DNA of 64,000 nt from Nemertoderma westbladi. Lineage: Eukaryota; Animalia; Xenacoelomorpha. A program made the translations under genes and the position numbers. Location of the stretch: contig JAUCBJ010000256.1 of NCBI GenBank assembly GCA_032718475.1, forward strand, positions 1,785-65,784. The letters run 5' to 3'. The stretch's first letter is position 1; each line of letters opens with the position of its first letter. Below, in pieces: positions 52,927 through 64,000 of this stretch. The notes under the pieces are model-generated. The model was not told where the DNA came from and made no database searches. It saw only the letters and a program-made list of their open reading frames with translations.

Positions 52927-55499
52927 CTAACAAATACAACGTTTACTGGAGGTTTCAGACAGTTGTTGTTTATTGTTAAACTACTGTCCCATTAGTATAA
53001 GTTACACTGTGAGGTATAACGAACTAACAACACAAGTAGTAGGACAACCACATGCTACTCTAGTTGATTCAAAAATAATTAGAAAATTTATAAAAAAAAC
53101 GGCATTTGGAATGCTGTGTAAACATACTGTAGAAGGAGCTCGTGCAATTTGTTATACAGTATATATTTAATTAACAAATTATATTTTATTATTAAACTTT
53201 TAAAGATCGCCTTGAATTAATACAGCTAATTAATCCCATTTGTAGTTTAACATATTTGTACCTGTTTGTAGTTTAGCAACACGTCTGTAGCCAGACAAGT
53301 CAAAACCCACCAATTAATATTTAGTATAGAGACCATAACTGTAGTACAATTAGTAGAGGCAGTAAAGGATTATATATAAATATATTTTTACTTTAAATGT
53401 ACAGTAATAAAAAATAAATTATTCCTACAATAAAAATAATAGTCTTATTCCCTTTGCCCTATTAATTAACAAAAATATTTTCATATAACATTCATTGAGT
53501 TAAATTATCATAATTTAGACCTAAACAAACTTAAGTAGTTCAAAGGATTACCGGTACTCCAATACACAACTGTTACCACGCAACCATGGAATCGGGACAC
53601 CTACCTCGGTACCTATGGAGTGAGTGGTCATCGATTTTGTACTGTATAGGGTGCACCGCGGTGCAGTGAAACTGAACAGAATCGTATCAGAACGGGAAGA
53701 AGTTCTCGACAAAAACAGCGGGTAGGTGCGTTGAGTCGGCGTATAAGCCGGTAACACAGCTACCGGAATTCTCCCTACCTACAGGTAACTCTCAGACTAT
53801 GTTGGGTTTCTGGTTGTTTACATTCCACAGCACTCGTGTACCTGGACTTCACAAAGTTCCTGACCTTTCACGGCTAAATGGCGTATTGACTAAATACTAT
53901 CCGTTAAAGTGGCTGAATAAGAGATATATAGTAAATCATATTATATTTCACACTTTATATCCCATCGCGATATAAATATCACACTTTATATAACGCAGGG
54001 ATATAAAGAACAATCTTATACCAGGCTTTTCCGTTATAATTCTAGAATTAAAGCAAATTTTAGGGATAAATTAGTTACACATAAAAAATATTCTGAAGCA
54101 TTGGCACTGAATTATATCAATTGGCACTGAAATATAATCATTGGCACTAATTTTTGGTACTAAAAAATGTTAATTGGTACAGAAATTGTATTATACGACA
54201 TGTTGCTATAAATAATTACTATCGAACCACAAAAATCGTCAAGTTCCATCAGTATTATTATCAAAATAGAATCAAACCTACTAATGAAATAATTAAACAA
54301 TGAAGCTCAACATATGGGATATATTCTAGAGTATATTTATGTTAGATGGGGTCGAACTCGTTCGTTCACTACAGTTTCTATGCAGTCTATATGCCTGGGA
54401 GGCCAACACCGTTGGTACTGAAATCGAAACATTTATTTTTGTGTCACTAAAACATGACCGTTATCTTTTGAACGGCATAAAAATCATTGGCTGTTAAATA
54501 AAATCCGTAATTTTTAACTATCGTTTCCATATTACTTATACTAAAACGGCACTTAAATGTTAAAAAGGAATCACCACTTTTGCAATTCCTAAATTAAATT
54601 TACTCAAGAAATTTACAATTTTGATAAATTTTTCGTAATACCTCTGTTTATTGTCCGTGTTAGTTGAAAACTGGCACCAACTTTATTAACGCCTCCTGGA
54701 TGTTCACTTTTTTAGCTGTTTAGTACGTTGCGGGGTAAAAAACACACATAAATTGGTAACCGGGTGCACTAATAATATGTAACTGAGTACTCAAATTAGT
54801 GATAATAGAAAAAATATTAGGGAATTTATATAGTCAGGGGGTCACATTGTACAAAAACAGTGAAAGTAGAGCCCCCCCCCCCCCCCCCTCCCCTCCCACC
54901 ATCCAAACATTATTGGAAAATATTGTTTCAGAGTGTTTTTCGTAAATAACAAGGACAATTAATAAAATTATCGGTTACAATATTTATCTGGAATAAACTG
55001 GCTGTCCGTCAAACATGCGTGGGGTAAATGCACCTCACACAGTCCATGAACCGTTAAAATACTATTCCATATGTTCTTAAAGAATTTATTAAATTTTTAT
55101 AATTATTAATTATTAAATTTTTAAAATTATTAATTATTAAATTTTTATAATTATTAATTATTAAATTAATATAATTATATATTGTATCAATTAAAATATA
55201 TTAAATACGTTAATACAGACAAATATTTATAACATAATAAATAATCAATTACACCATATCCTTGAATATAGTGTCGTGATTCAGTCACACTTCCGATATT
55301 CCTCAACCTTATAGCGAATACTTAGTACAGTAGCGCTTTACAGTGTCCTGATCTTTGCGAAGACAAATACCGTACGAAAATAACAAAACAAACATATTGC
55401 ATCGTAAGAGTTGCTACCACGCCTGTCCAGTCCATGACAGTTATTATTATTATTAAGTTGGGCTTTTAGCTAAGAAATGAATGATTTCAGCTTTGTCAC

Positions 55500-56150
55500 T
55501 ACACCTTTTCAACATGTATTTCAGAAAACATCACATTGATTTCATAAAATACATTTGAATTATATATTCTTTCATTTGGATTTCAATAATTGCATTTTGA
55601 TTTCAGAATATTGTAATTGGGGTTCATAAATTCCATTTAAATTTCAGAAAGTTATAATTGAATTTAACTTTTGCTATTTTCATTTCAGAATGTTTCAATT
55701 TGATTTTAGTAAACTCATTTCGATTTCAAAATGTACCATTTGAATTTCAAGATTAAGATTTGAATTTCAGAAGGAACCAATTGGTTTTCAAAAATTCCAA
55801 TTGCAATCCAGAAATTCCTAAATGTATTCAGGAAGATATATTTATAATATCAGAAAATTTAATTTGCACTTTAGAAAATTATAATTTAATTTCAGAAAAT
55901 ATTATATTTGAGTACTTGAGTTTCAGAAACAGTCTAATTGAGTTTCCGAATTTCCATTTCTGTTTCAGAATTTCCAACTCGATTTCAAAATTTTCATTTC
56001 TATTTCAAAATTTCCAACTCGATTTCAAAATTTCCATTTCTACTGTATTTCCAAATTTACACTTCTATTTCAGAATTTCCAATTTGATTTCAGAATTTCC
56101 AATTTGATTTCAGAATTTCCAATTCGATTTCCAAATGTTCACTTCTATTT
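55500..56150. repeat. Degenerate AT-rich tandem sub-repeats (about 20-bp ATTTCAGAATTTCCAATTTG), probably a transposon subterminal region
   Basis: Recurrent ATTTCAGAA/TTTCCAA motifs, most regular at 55960-56135. Confidence 0.55.
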
Positions 56151-56814
56151 TATATGATGGGGTGGGGTCGGAGGGTCGGGTCGTCGGATTTTGCTATTTT
56201 ATAAGCGCTGACCGGCCAAACCGCAAAGTTTTAGATAGGTGGTGTGGTGTGATTTATAGTATTGGGACGGACAACTGGCGGACGAACTGACAGACAAACA
56301 GCCTAGATGCCGTCAATAAAAAAAAATAGACATAGAAAGTTAAATCACCGACCAAGAAAAACCCCTTACAGAAAAACTAAGTTATGTGGTGGTAATCCTT
56401 ATTGACGGATATTATTTGAAAACTCAACAGTTGTAAATATTGGTTCTGTCTACTGAGTGCTGATTTATTGACGGCCCTAAACTGACATTCTTACATATTG
56501 ACAGACAATTTGAGCGGGAAGGTTTAAAAGTCCTTATTTGTTTTACCCGTTTTAATCCGATTTCAATTTCGGACTTCGCGCAGCACGTGACATAAACTTA
56601 TGTTAAGTGTCTACGCGAAATAATTTCAAGCAAATCATACATAGACGTCCCATAATCAATTATGAAAGCCAAACCCGTCTACGGCACGGCCTGTCTACTA
56701 TGAATGAATATATTCATTTATTGGTTTATCGCCAAATTGAAATGTCTACTATGAATGAATATATACTGGTATTAGGCCTAGGCCTACAAGACCGCAATAC
56801 GACCGAGTAATTCG

Positions 56815-58420
56815 AGTAATAGAATTCTATTGTATAGCTTTGCAGCAATCGAGATCAATGAGATTCCTCGAAAAGAACCATAGAGTGTTAGGTTGCCCTT
56901 CTTGGGAACTGGCACCAACTTATTTGTTTTCATTTCTTGTGGGACTCTTGTTGTACGGTACATGTCTACTATGATGGGATAGATGAGCTTTAAACACTCA
57001 GGTATTTTAAAGACCTCAGGGGGAACACCAGCTACTCCACTGGCACGATTGGTCTTAATGCTCTTTGCAGCAGCCTTCACTTCTGCAAAGGAGATATCAC
57101 CAATGGGAATATCTGGGAGTACAGACTCAGACACTTTTACTTCTATAAAGTTATCAGGCAATACCCTGTCATTATTGAGGAGCTTTTCAAAGTGGGCCTT
57201 CCAACCATTGAGGCGATCGGCTGGTGATTCAGCCTTAACCTTGGTGGTTGGTTGGCTTTTACGACCAGCAAGCAAGTTGATCGATCTCCATGCCTGGGAT
57301 GATTGCCTGCTGTCGTCAGCATCATTGATGGTATCAACCTGTTGGTTTATTAGCTCCTGTAAATTAACAGAGTACTGCCTGTTCAGGGACCTAGATGCAG
57401 CCTTAACTGCATTCTTGGCCGCTGTAGTCTGTTTGAGTCGGGACTCTTTCTGCGCCTTGTAGAGGTCATTTCGGCATTTCTGAATTTTGTTGTCAGTCCA
57501 GGGGGCCCGTTTCCTGTTTCGAGAGTATACAGGAACTGTTTCTGCAGCTGCTAACTTAACTGCCTCTGTGAAGGCAGTATAGCCCTCACAGTGATCTGCC
57601 GCCTCAGAGGCAAGAGCCTCATACCTGTTGCTCAGCTGTAGTGTGAAGCTGGATCTCACACTTGGCTGTTGCAACAGAGAGGACCAGTCATGCCGCGGCA
57701 AGGCAGATTTCGTTGTTCTGCTAGCACGCAGACTAAGTCTTACCTTGGCCACAATAAGGCGGTGATCACTGGAGAAGGGTCGTAGTGTAAATGCATTACA
57801 TTCTTGTATAGAGCTCCTGTATTTCCTACGAAACAGGATATGGTCTATCTGGGACTTGTGACCACTGGGTCCACTATGAGTCCATAGCTTTCCAGTTCGC
57901 TTCTTGAACTGGGTTCCAGCCGAAAACAATCCATTTCCAGAGATAAAATCCTGAAGATGGACGGAATTTCGGTTAACACTGTTGCTATAGACTCAGGGCG
58001 ATGTAGGTGATTGATGCAGACTTGCATTAAAGTTTCCCAGGAATGTTAAGAATGCATGCTGATCCACTCCATCAGTAGCTGCTTGTAGATTCTGGTAGAA
58101 TTTTTCCACCTCCTCTACAGGGGCAACACTAGTTGGAGAGTAGCACACAATCAGAACCACCTTAGGAAACTTCTTAGCCAGTCTTACAGAACATGAGAAG
58201 TGGCAACGGATGATCGGTTAGAGATTTGGTCTATTTTGTCCAATGCTGCATGTGCAGTTGGATTCATCAATAGCCCAATCCACCATTGCCACTATCATCT
58301 GCTGAAGCGAGGGCGAGTCGCCAACCGCCCCCCATGCCCAACCTGCCCCCTTAATCAGAACCTCATCAGTATGTCCAGTCTGCATTCGGTGCTCTTGAAC
58401 ACCCACTGCGCTAAGAGAAA
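56815..58420 (-). mobile_element. Degenerate RTE/RTEX-type LINE: 5' leader, APE and start of RT, 3' part missing
   Basis: ORF 56784-57929: GKLWTH...SQIDHIL...SSDHRLIVAKVRLSLR...VPKKGNL...FRGISLISIAAKLYNRILL. Degenerate APE (CYSPT) lies further upstream at about 57930-58300. Confidence 0.85.
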
Positions 58421-58423
58421 GGT

Positions 58424-61400
58424 TTGTAAATACAACTTATATAACTTACCTTTGGTTGTAAATACAACTTATATAACTTACCTTTGGTTGTTAATATAAC
58501 TTATATAACTTACCTTTGGTTGTAAATATAACTTATATAACTTACCTTTGGTTGTAAATACAACTTATATTACTTACCTTTGGTTGTAAATACAACTTAT
58601 ATAACTTACCTTTGGCTGTAAATACAACTTATATAACTTACCTTTGGTTGTAAATACAACTTATATAACTTACCTTTGGTTGTAAATACAACTTATATAA
58701 CTTACCTTTGGTTGTAAATACAACTTATATAACTTACCTTTGGTTATAAATATAACTTATATAACTTACCTTTGGTTGTAAATACAACTTATATAACTTA
58801 CCTTTGGTTGTAAATACAACTTATATAACTTACCTTTGGATGTAAATACAACTTATATAACTTACCTTTGGTTGTAAATATAACTTATATTACTTACCTT
58901 TGGCTGTAAATACAACTTATATAACTTACCTTTGGTTGTAAATATAACTTATATTACTTACCTTTGGTTGTAAATACAACTTATATAACTTACCTTTGGT
59001 TGTAAATACAACTTATATAACTTACCTTTGGTTGTTAATATAACTTATATAACTTACCTTTGGTTGTAAATATAACTTATATAACTTACCTTTGGTTGTA
59101 AATACAACTTATATTACTTACCTTTGGTTGTAAATACAACTTATATAAATTACCTTTGGTTGTAAATACAACTTATATAACTTACCTTTGGTTGTAAATA
59201 CAACTTATATAACTTACCTTTGGTTGTAAATATAACTTATATAACTTACCTTTGGTTGTAAATACAACTTATATAACTTACCTTTGGTTGTAAATACAAC
59301 TTATATAACTTACCTTTGGTTGTAAATATAACTTATATTACTTACCTTTGGCTGTAAATACAACTTATATAACTTACCTTTGGTTGTAAATATAACTTAT
59401 ATAACTTACCTTTGGTTGTAAATACAACTTATATAACTTACCTTTGGTTGTAAATACAACTTATATAACTTACCTTTGGTTGTAAATATAACTTATATAA
59501 CTTACCTTTGGTTGTAAATACAACTTATATAACTTACCTTTGGTTGTAAATACAACTTATATAACTTACCTTTGGTTGTAAATATAACTTATATAACTTA
59601 CCTTTGGTTGTAAATATAACTTATATAACTTACCTTTGGTTGTAAATACAACTTATATAACTTACCTTTGGTTGTAAATATAACTTATATAACTTACCTT
59701 TGGTTGTAAATACAACTTATATAACTTACCTTTGGTTGTAAATACAACTTATATAACTTACCTTTGGTTGTAAATATAACTTATATTACTTACCTTTGGC
59801 TGTAAATACAACTTATATAACTTACCTTTGGTTGTAAATATAACTTATATAACTTACCTTTGGTTGTAAATACAACTTATATAACTTACCTTTGGTTGTA
59901 AATACAACTTATATAACTTACCTTTGGTTGTAAATATAACTTATATAACTTACCTTTGGTTGTAAATACAACTTATATAACTTACCTTTGGTTGTAAATA
60001 CAACTTATATAACTTACCTTTGGTTGTAAATATAACTTATATAACTTACCTTTGGTTGTAAATACAACTTATATAACTTACCTTTGGTTGTAAATATAAC
60101 TTATATAACTTACCTTTGGTTGTAAATACAACTTATATAACTTACCTTTGGTTGTAAATACAACTTATATAACTTACCTTTGGTTGTAAATATAACTTAT
60201 ATAACTTACCTTTGGTTGTAAATATAACTTATATAACTTACCTTTGGTTGTAAATACAACTTATATAACTTACCTTTGGTTGTAAATACAACTTATATAA
60301 CTTACCTTTGGTTGTAAATACAACTTATATAACTTACCTTTGGTTGTAAATACAACTTATATAACTTACCTTTGGTTGTAAATATAACTTATATAACTTA
60401 CCTTTGGTTGTAAATACAACTTATATAACTTACCTTTGGTTGTAAATACAACTTATATAACTTACCTTTGGTTGTAAATACAACTTATATAACTTACCTT
60501 TGGTTGTAAATATAACTTATATTACTTACCTTTGGTTGTAAATACAACTTATATAACTTACCTTTGGTTGTAAATATAACTTATATAACTTACCTTTGGT
60601 TGTAAATACAACTTATATAACTTACCTTTGGTTGTAAATACAACTTATATAACTTACCTTTGGTTGTAAATACAACTTATATAACTTACCTTTGGTTGTA
60701 AATATAACTTATATAACTTACCTTTGGTTGTAAATATAACTTATATAACTTACCTTTGGTTGTAAATACAACTTATATAACTTACCTTTGGCTGTAAATA
60801 CAACTTATATAACTTACCTTTGGTTGTAAATACAACTTATATAACTCACCTTTGGTTGTAAATATAACTTATATAACTTACCTTTGGTTGTAAATACAAC
60901 TTATATAACTTACCTTTGGTTGTAAATACAACTTATATAACTTACCTTTGCTAGTAAATACAACTTATATAACTTACCTTTGGTTGTAAATATAACTTAT
61001 ATAACTTACCTTTGGTTGTAAATATAACTTATATAACTTACCTTTGGTTGTAAATATAACTTATATAACTTACCTTTGGCTGTAAATACAACTTATATAA
61101 CTTACCTTTGGTTGTAAATACAACTTATATAACTCACCTTTGGTTGTAAATATAACTTATATAACTTACCTTTGGTTGTAAATATAACTTATATAACTTA
61201 CCTTTGGTTGTAAATATAACTTATATAACTTACCTTTGGTTGTAAATACAACTTATATAACTTACCTTTGGTTGTAAATATAACTTACCTTTGGTTGTAA
61301 ATACAACTTATATAACTTACCTTTGGTTGTAAATACAACTTATATAACTTACCTTTGGTTGTAAATACAACTTATATAACTTACCTTTGGTTGTAAATAT

Positions 61401-62404
61401 AACTTATATAACTTACCTTTGGTTGTAAATATAACTTATATAACTTACCTTTGGTTGTAAATACAACTTATATAACTTACCTTTGGTTGTAAATATAACT
61501 TATATAACTTACCTTTGGTAGTAAATACAACTTATATAACTTACCTTTGGTTGTAAATATAACTTATATAACTTACCTTTGGTTGTAAATATAACTTATA
61601 TAACTTACCTTTGGTTGTAAATACAACTTATATAACTTACCTTTGGTTGTAAATACAACTTATATAACTTACCTTTGGTTGTAAATATAACTTATATAAC
61701 TTACCTTTGGTAGTAAATACAACTTATATAACTTACCTTTGGTTGTAAATACAACTTATATAACTTACCTTTGGTTGTAAATACAACTTATATAACTTAC
61801 CTTTGGTTGTAAATATAACTTATATAACTTACCTTTGGTTGTAAATACAACTTATATAACTTACCTTTGGTTGTAAATACAACTTATATTACTTACCTTT
61901 GGTTGTAAATACAACTTATATAACTTACCTTTGGTTGTAAATATAACTTATATAACTTACCTTTGGTTGTAAATATAACTTATATAACTTACCTTTGGTT
62001 GTAAATACAACTTATATAACTTACCTTTGGTTGTAAATACAACTTATATAACTTACCTTTGGTTGTAAATATAACTTACCTTTGGTTGTAAATACAACTT
62101 ATATAACTTACCTTTGGTTGTAAATACAACTTATATAACTTACCTTTGGTTGTAAATACAACTTATATAACTTACCTTTGGTTGTAAATATAACTTACCT
62201 TTGGTTGTAAATACAACTTATATAACTTACCTTTGGTTGTAAATACAACTTATATAACTTACCTTTGGTTGTAAATATAACTTACCTTTGGTTGTAAATA
62301 CAACTTATATAACTTACCTTTGGTTGTAAATATAACTTACCTTTGGTTGTAAATACAACTTATATAACTTACCTTTGGTTGTAAATATAACTTATATAAC
62401 TTAC
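58424..62404. repeat. 32-bp AT-rich tandem array, about 124 copies; each unit contains AAG|GTAAGT on the minus strand
   Basis: Unit TTACCTTTGGTTGTAAATACAACTTATATAAC (starts at 58446 and 58478), with 22-bp deletion variants near the 62404 end. Confidence 0.98.
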
Positions 62405-62498
62405 CCTTGGGACGCGGTTGGCTCTATAGACTGGTCTGTAGAACTTATATTTAGCATCGAACTCGAGTTAAGTAGCGAAGGAACCACGGTTGGAGAAT
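62405..62498 (-). CDS. Constant coding exon 3 (94 nt) of the putative variable-HTH_psq transcription factor gene
   Basis: Acceptor TATTTGTTACAG|AT (phase 1); encodes (D)SPTVVPSLLNSSSMLNISSTDQSIEPTASQ(G); donor CAAGG|GTAAGT (phase 2). Confidence 0.78.
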
Positions 62499-62685
62499 CT
62501 GTAACAAATACACCGAGAGCGGTGGATAATAATAGGCTGAGAAGCGAAATATACAACGATACCGGTTGAATTTCTACTTAAGTTAGAAAATAATATAAAG
62601 AAAAAGTAAAAAGAGAACAAATAGTTTCCCTAAAATCCAAATAATTTAATACGGTATACCGAAAATTTCCGTCAATTACAATTAC

Positions 62686-63098
62686 CTTGAGTAGACGAGG
62701 TGGATTGATCCAGGAGCGGGTTGGCTTGGTAATTATGCGACAGATCGAACATAGAGGTACCGGTAGAAGCGACGTCTTCTAAATCCCGCAACATAAACTG
62801 CACAGAATCACCGGCTGGCGGTTCAGTAATAGAGGCCTCGGTAAAACGATCAGCTGATACCGGACAGGCCGACTGTTCCAACTCCAGTTCCATTTCGGAA
62901 TCCTCCTTTTCGAGTTTAATTTCGGGAAGCGCGTCGGTTGGAGTGACGGATTGGGTGGTTAAATTGTCGGAGTTTGGGAGTTGGAAGGACGTGGTTGACG
63001 GTTGAGTCGATGGCATTGTGGCTCCGGGAGGAATCGGGGGCCTCCGACCTCGACATGCTAATCGACTCAATGATTGGGCCATTCCTCTACGGTGGAAT
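62686..63098 (-). CDS. Constant coding exon 2 (413 nt)
   Basis: Acceptor ATTCTCCTATAG|A (phase 2), donor TCAAG|GTAATT (phase 1). Open frame equals ORF 62672-63082; S/P/T-rich with IKLE SUMO consensus. Confidence 0.78.
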
Positions 63099-63252
63099 CT
63101 ATAGGAGAATAAATGGATTGATTTTATGTGAAATTATGTGAGAAATATAGGACACTGACTACTGGGGTACGGTCTGTACGGTACATGATACTACTACCAA
63201 AGGCAGTTACAGGTAGGCGGTAGCTGATTATGAATGGTTTAGTTAGGTCTAC

Positions 63253-63740
63253 CTCGCTCTGCCTCTGTTGTTCGATCCAGTAACAGGAATATAATTCCCT
63301 TGTCTCGCATTCGATAAATCATTCCTTTGGGATTGGTTTGCAGAGGACAGTCTAGTATTGGCTAGACGTGACGTCATAGGGGAATCAGCGATTGGTTCAC
63401 TCGCTACCGGTATACTATCTGATGGCGGGGATATAAACGAGAGATTAGGCAGCCCACTGCCGTCATACAGCCGTTCCCCGCTGTAATCCGTTCCATCGCG
63501 GGAACCAACAGCTGTTGAATCCGGGTTCCCAATGAGTTTCTCCAGCCACGAGGTGATCTCCACCGCGGTGCAGTTGGTCGTCACATAGTCCTCGAGAAAA
63601 GTCCCGTCGTTACGTAAATACTCGCCGAGAAACGAACGCATAAACGTGCTATTGGCCAGACAGATGTTAATGAAAGAAGATTTGTCGATGACGAACGCTG
63701 AAGATATATCGATCGGAATAACGGGACCTTGTTCCGACAT
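63253..63740 (-). CDS. Constant coding exon 1 (488 nt from first ATG)
   Basis: AAAATGT start at 63740 (MSEQGPVIPIDISS...); open frame equals ORF 63249-63746; donor GCGAG|GTAGAC (phase 2), compatible with exon 2. Confidence 0.75.
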
Positions 63741-64000
63741 TTTCAAGAAAATCTTGAACCGACCGCAACAGGCAGACAGGTCTGCAGGTAGGCTTTTGCT
63801 GTTATCTAGTGCTGCAGGGATAGAGCCAGAGCCTATAGCTGTAGAGATACTTTACCCCTATCTGTTATCCGCCTGTCCGCAGATCGGTTCAGTTCAGTTG
63901 ATTTTTATTCCTAGCCTATTTCAGTATTTAACCTAGTAACCTGTAAACAGTAGGCTAGGCCTACAGCAGTACGCAACAAGCAGACTACTGGACTAGGCAC

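Noticed and set aside
53548-53790. GC-richer segment as a further variable exon
   Set aside because: Candidate acceptors lack a pyrimidine tract, and no frame shows a psq or other recognisable domain.
58340-58430. Hammerhead ribozyme (CTGATGAG on the minus strand) in the RTE leader
   Set aside because: No correctly placed GAAA or closing stems could be found by eye.

Overview
AT-rich invertebrate animal genomic DNA, dominated by repeats; it is not prokaryotic. It contains the 5' part of a BEL/Pao LTR-retrotransposon gag ORF (running off the window start), a 10.8-kb 43-bp satellite, an intronless LRR-HRM-GAIN-7TM adhesion GPCR, an RTE-type LINE with a CR1-type LINE nested in its 5' leader, a 24-bp minisatellite, a 5'-truncated L2/Crack-like LINE, several MITE/foldback elements, two 27-bp arrays, a second RTE fragment and a 4-kb 32-bp array. 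The main discovery is a minus-strand gene with three frame-consistent constant coding exons (63740-63253, 63098-62686, 62498-62405) ending in a phase-2 donor. Downstream lie at least three separate phase-2 terminal exons (52926, 44205, 42004), each encoding a different pipsqueak-type helix-turn-helix (HTH_psq) domain and its own stop. This resembles the mod(mdg4)/lola 'constant N-terminus + variable DNA-binding exon' design, but I see no BTB domain. The shared splice donor has itself been amplified about 124-fold into the 32-bp satellite. All splicing is inferred from sequence; no expression data were available.
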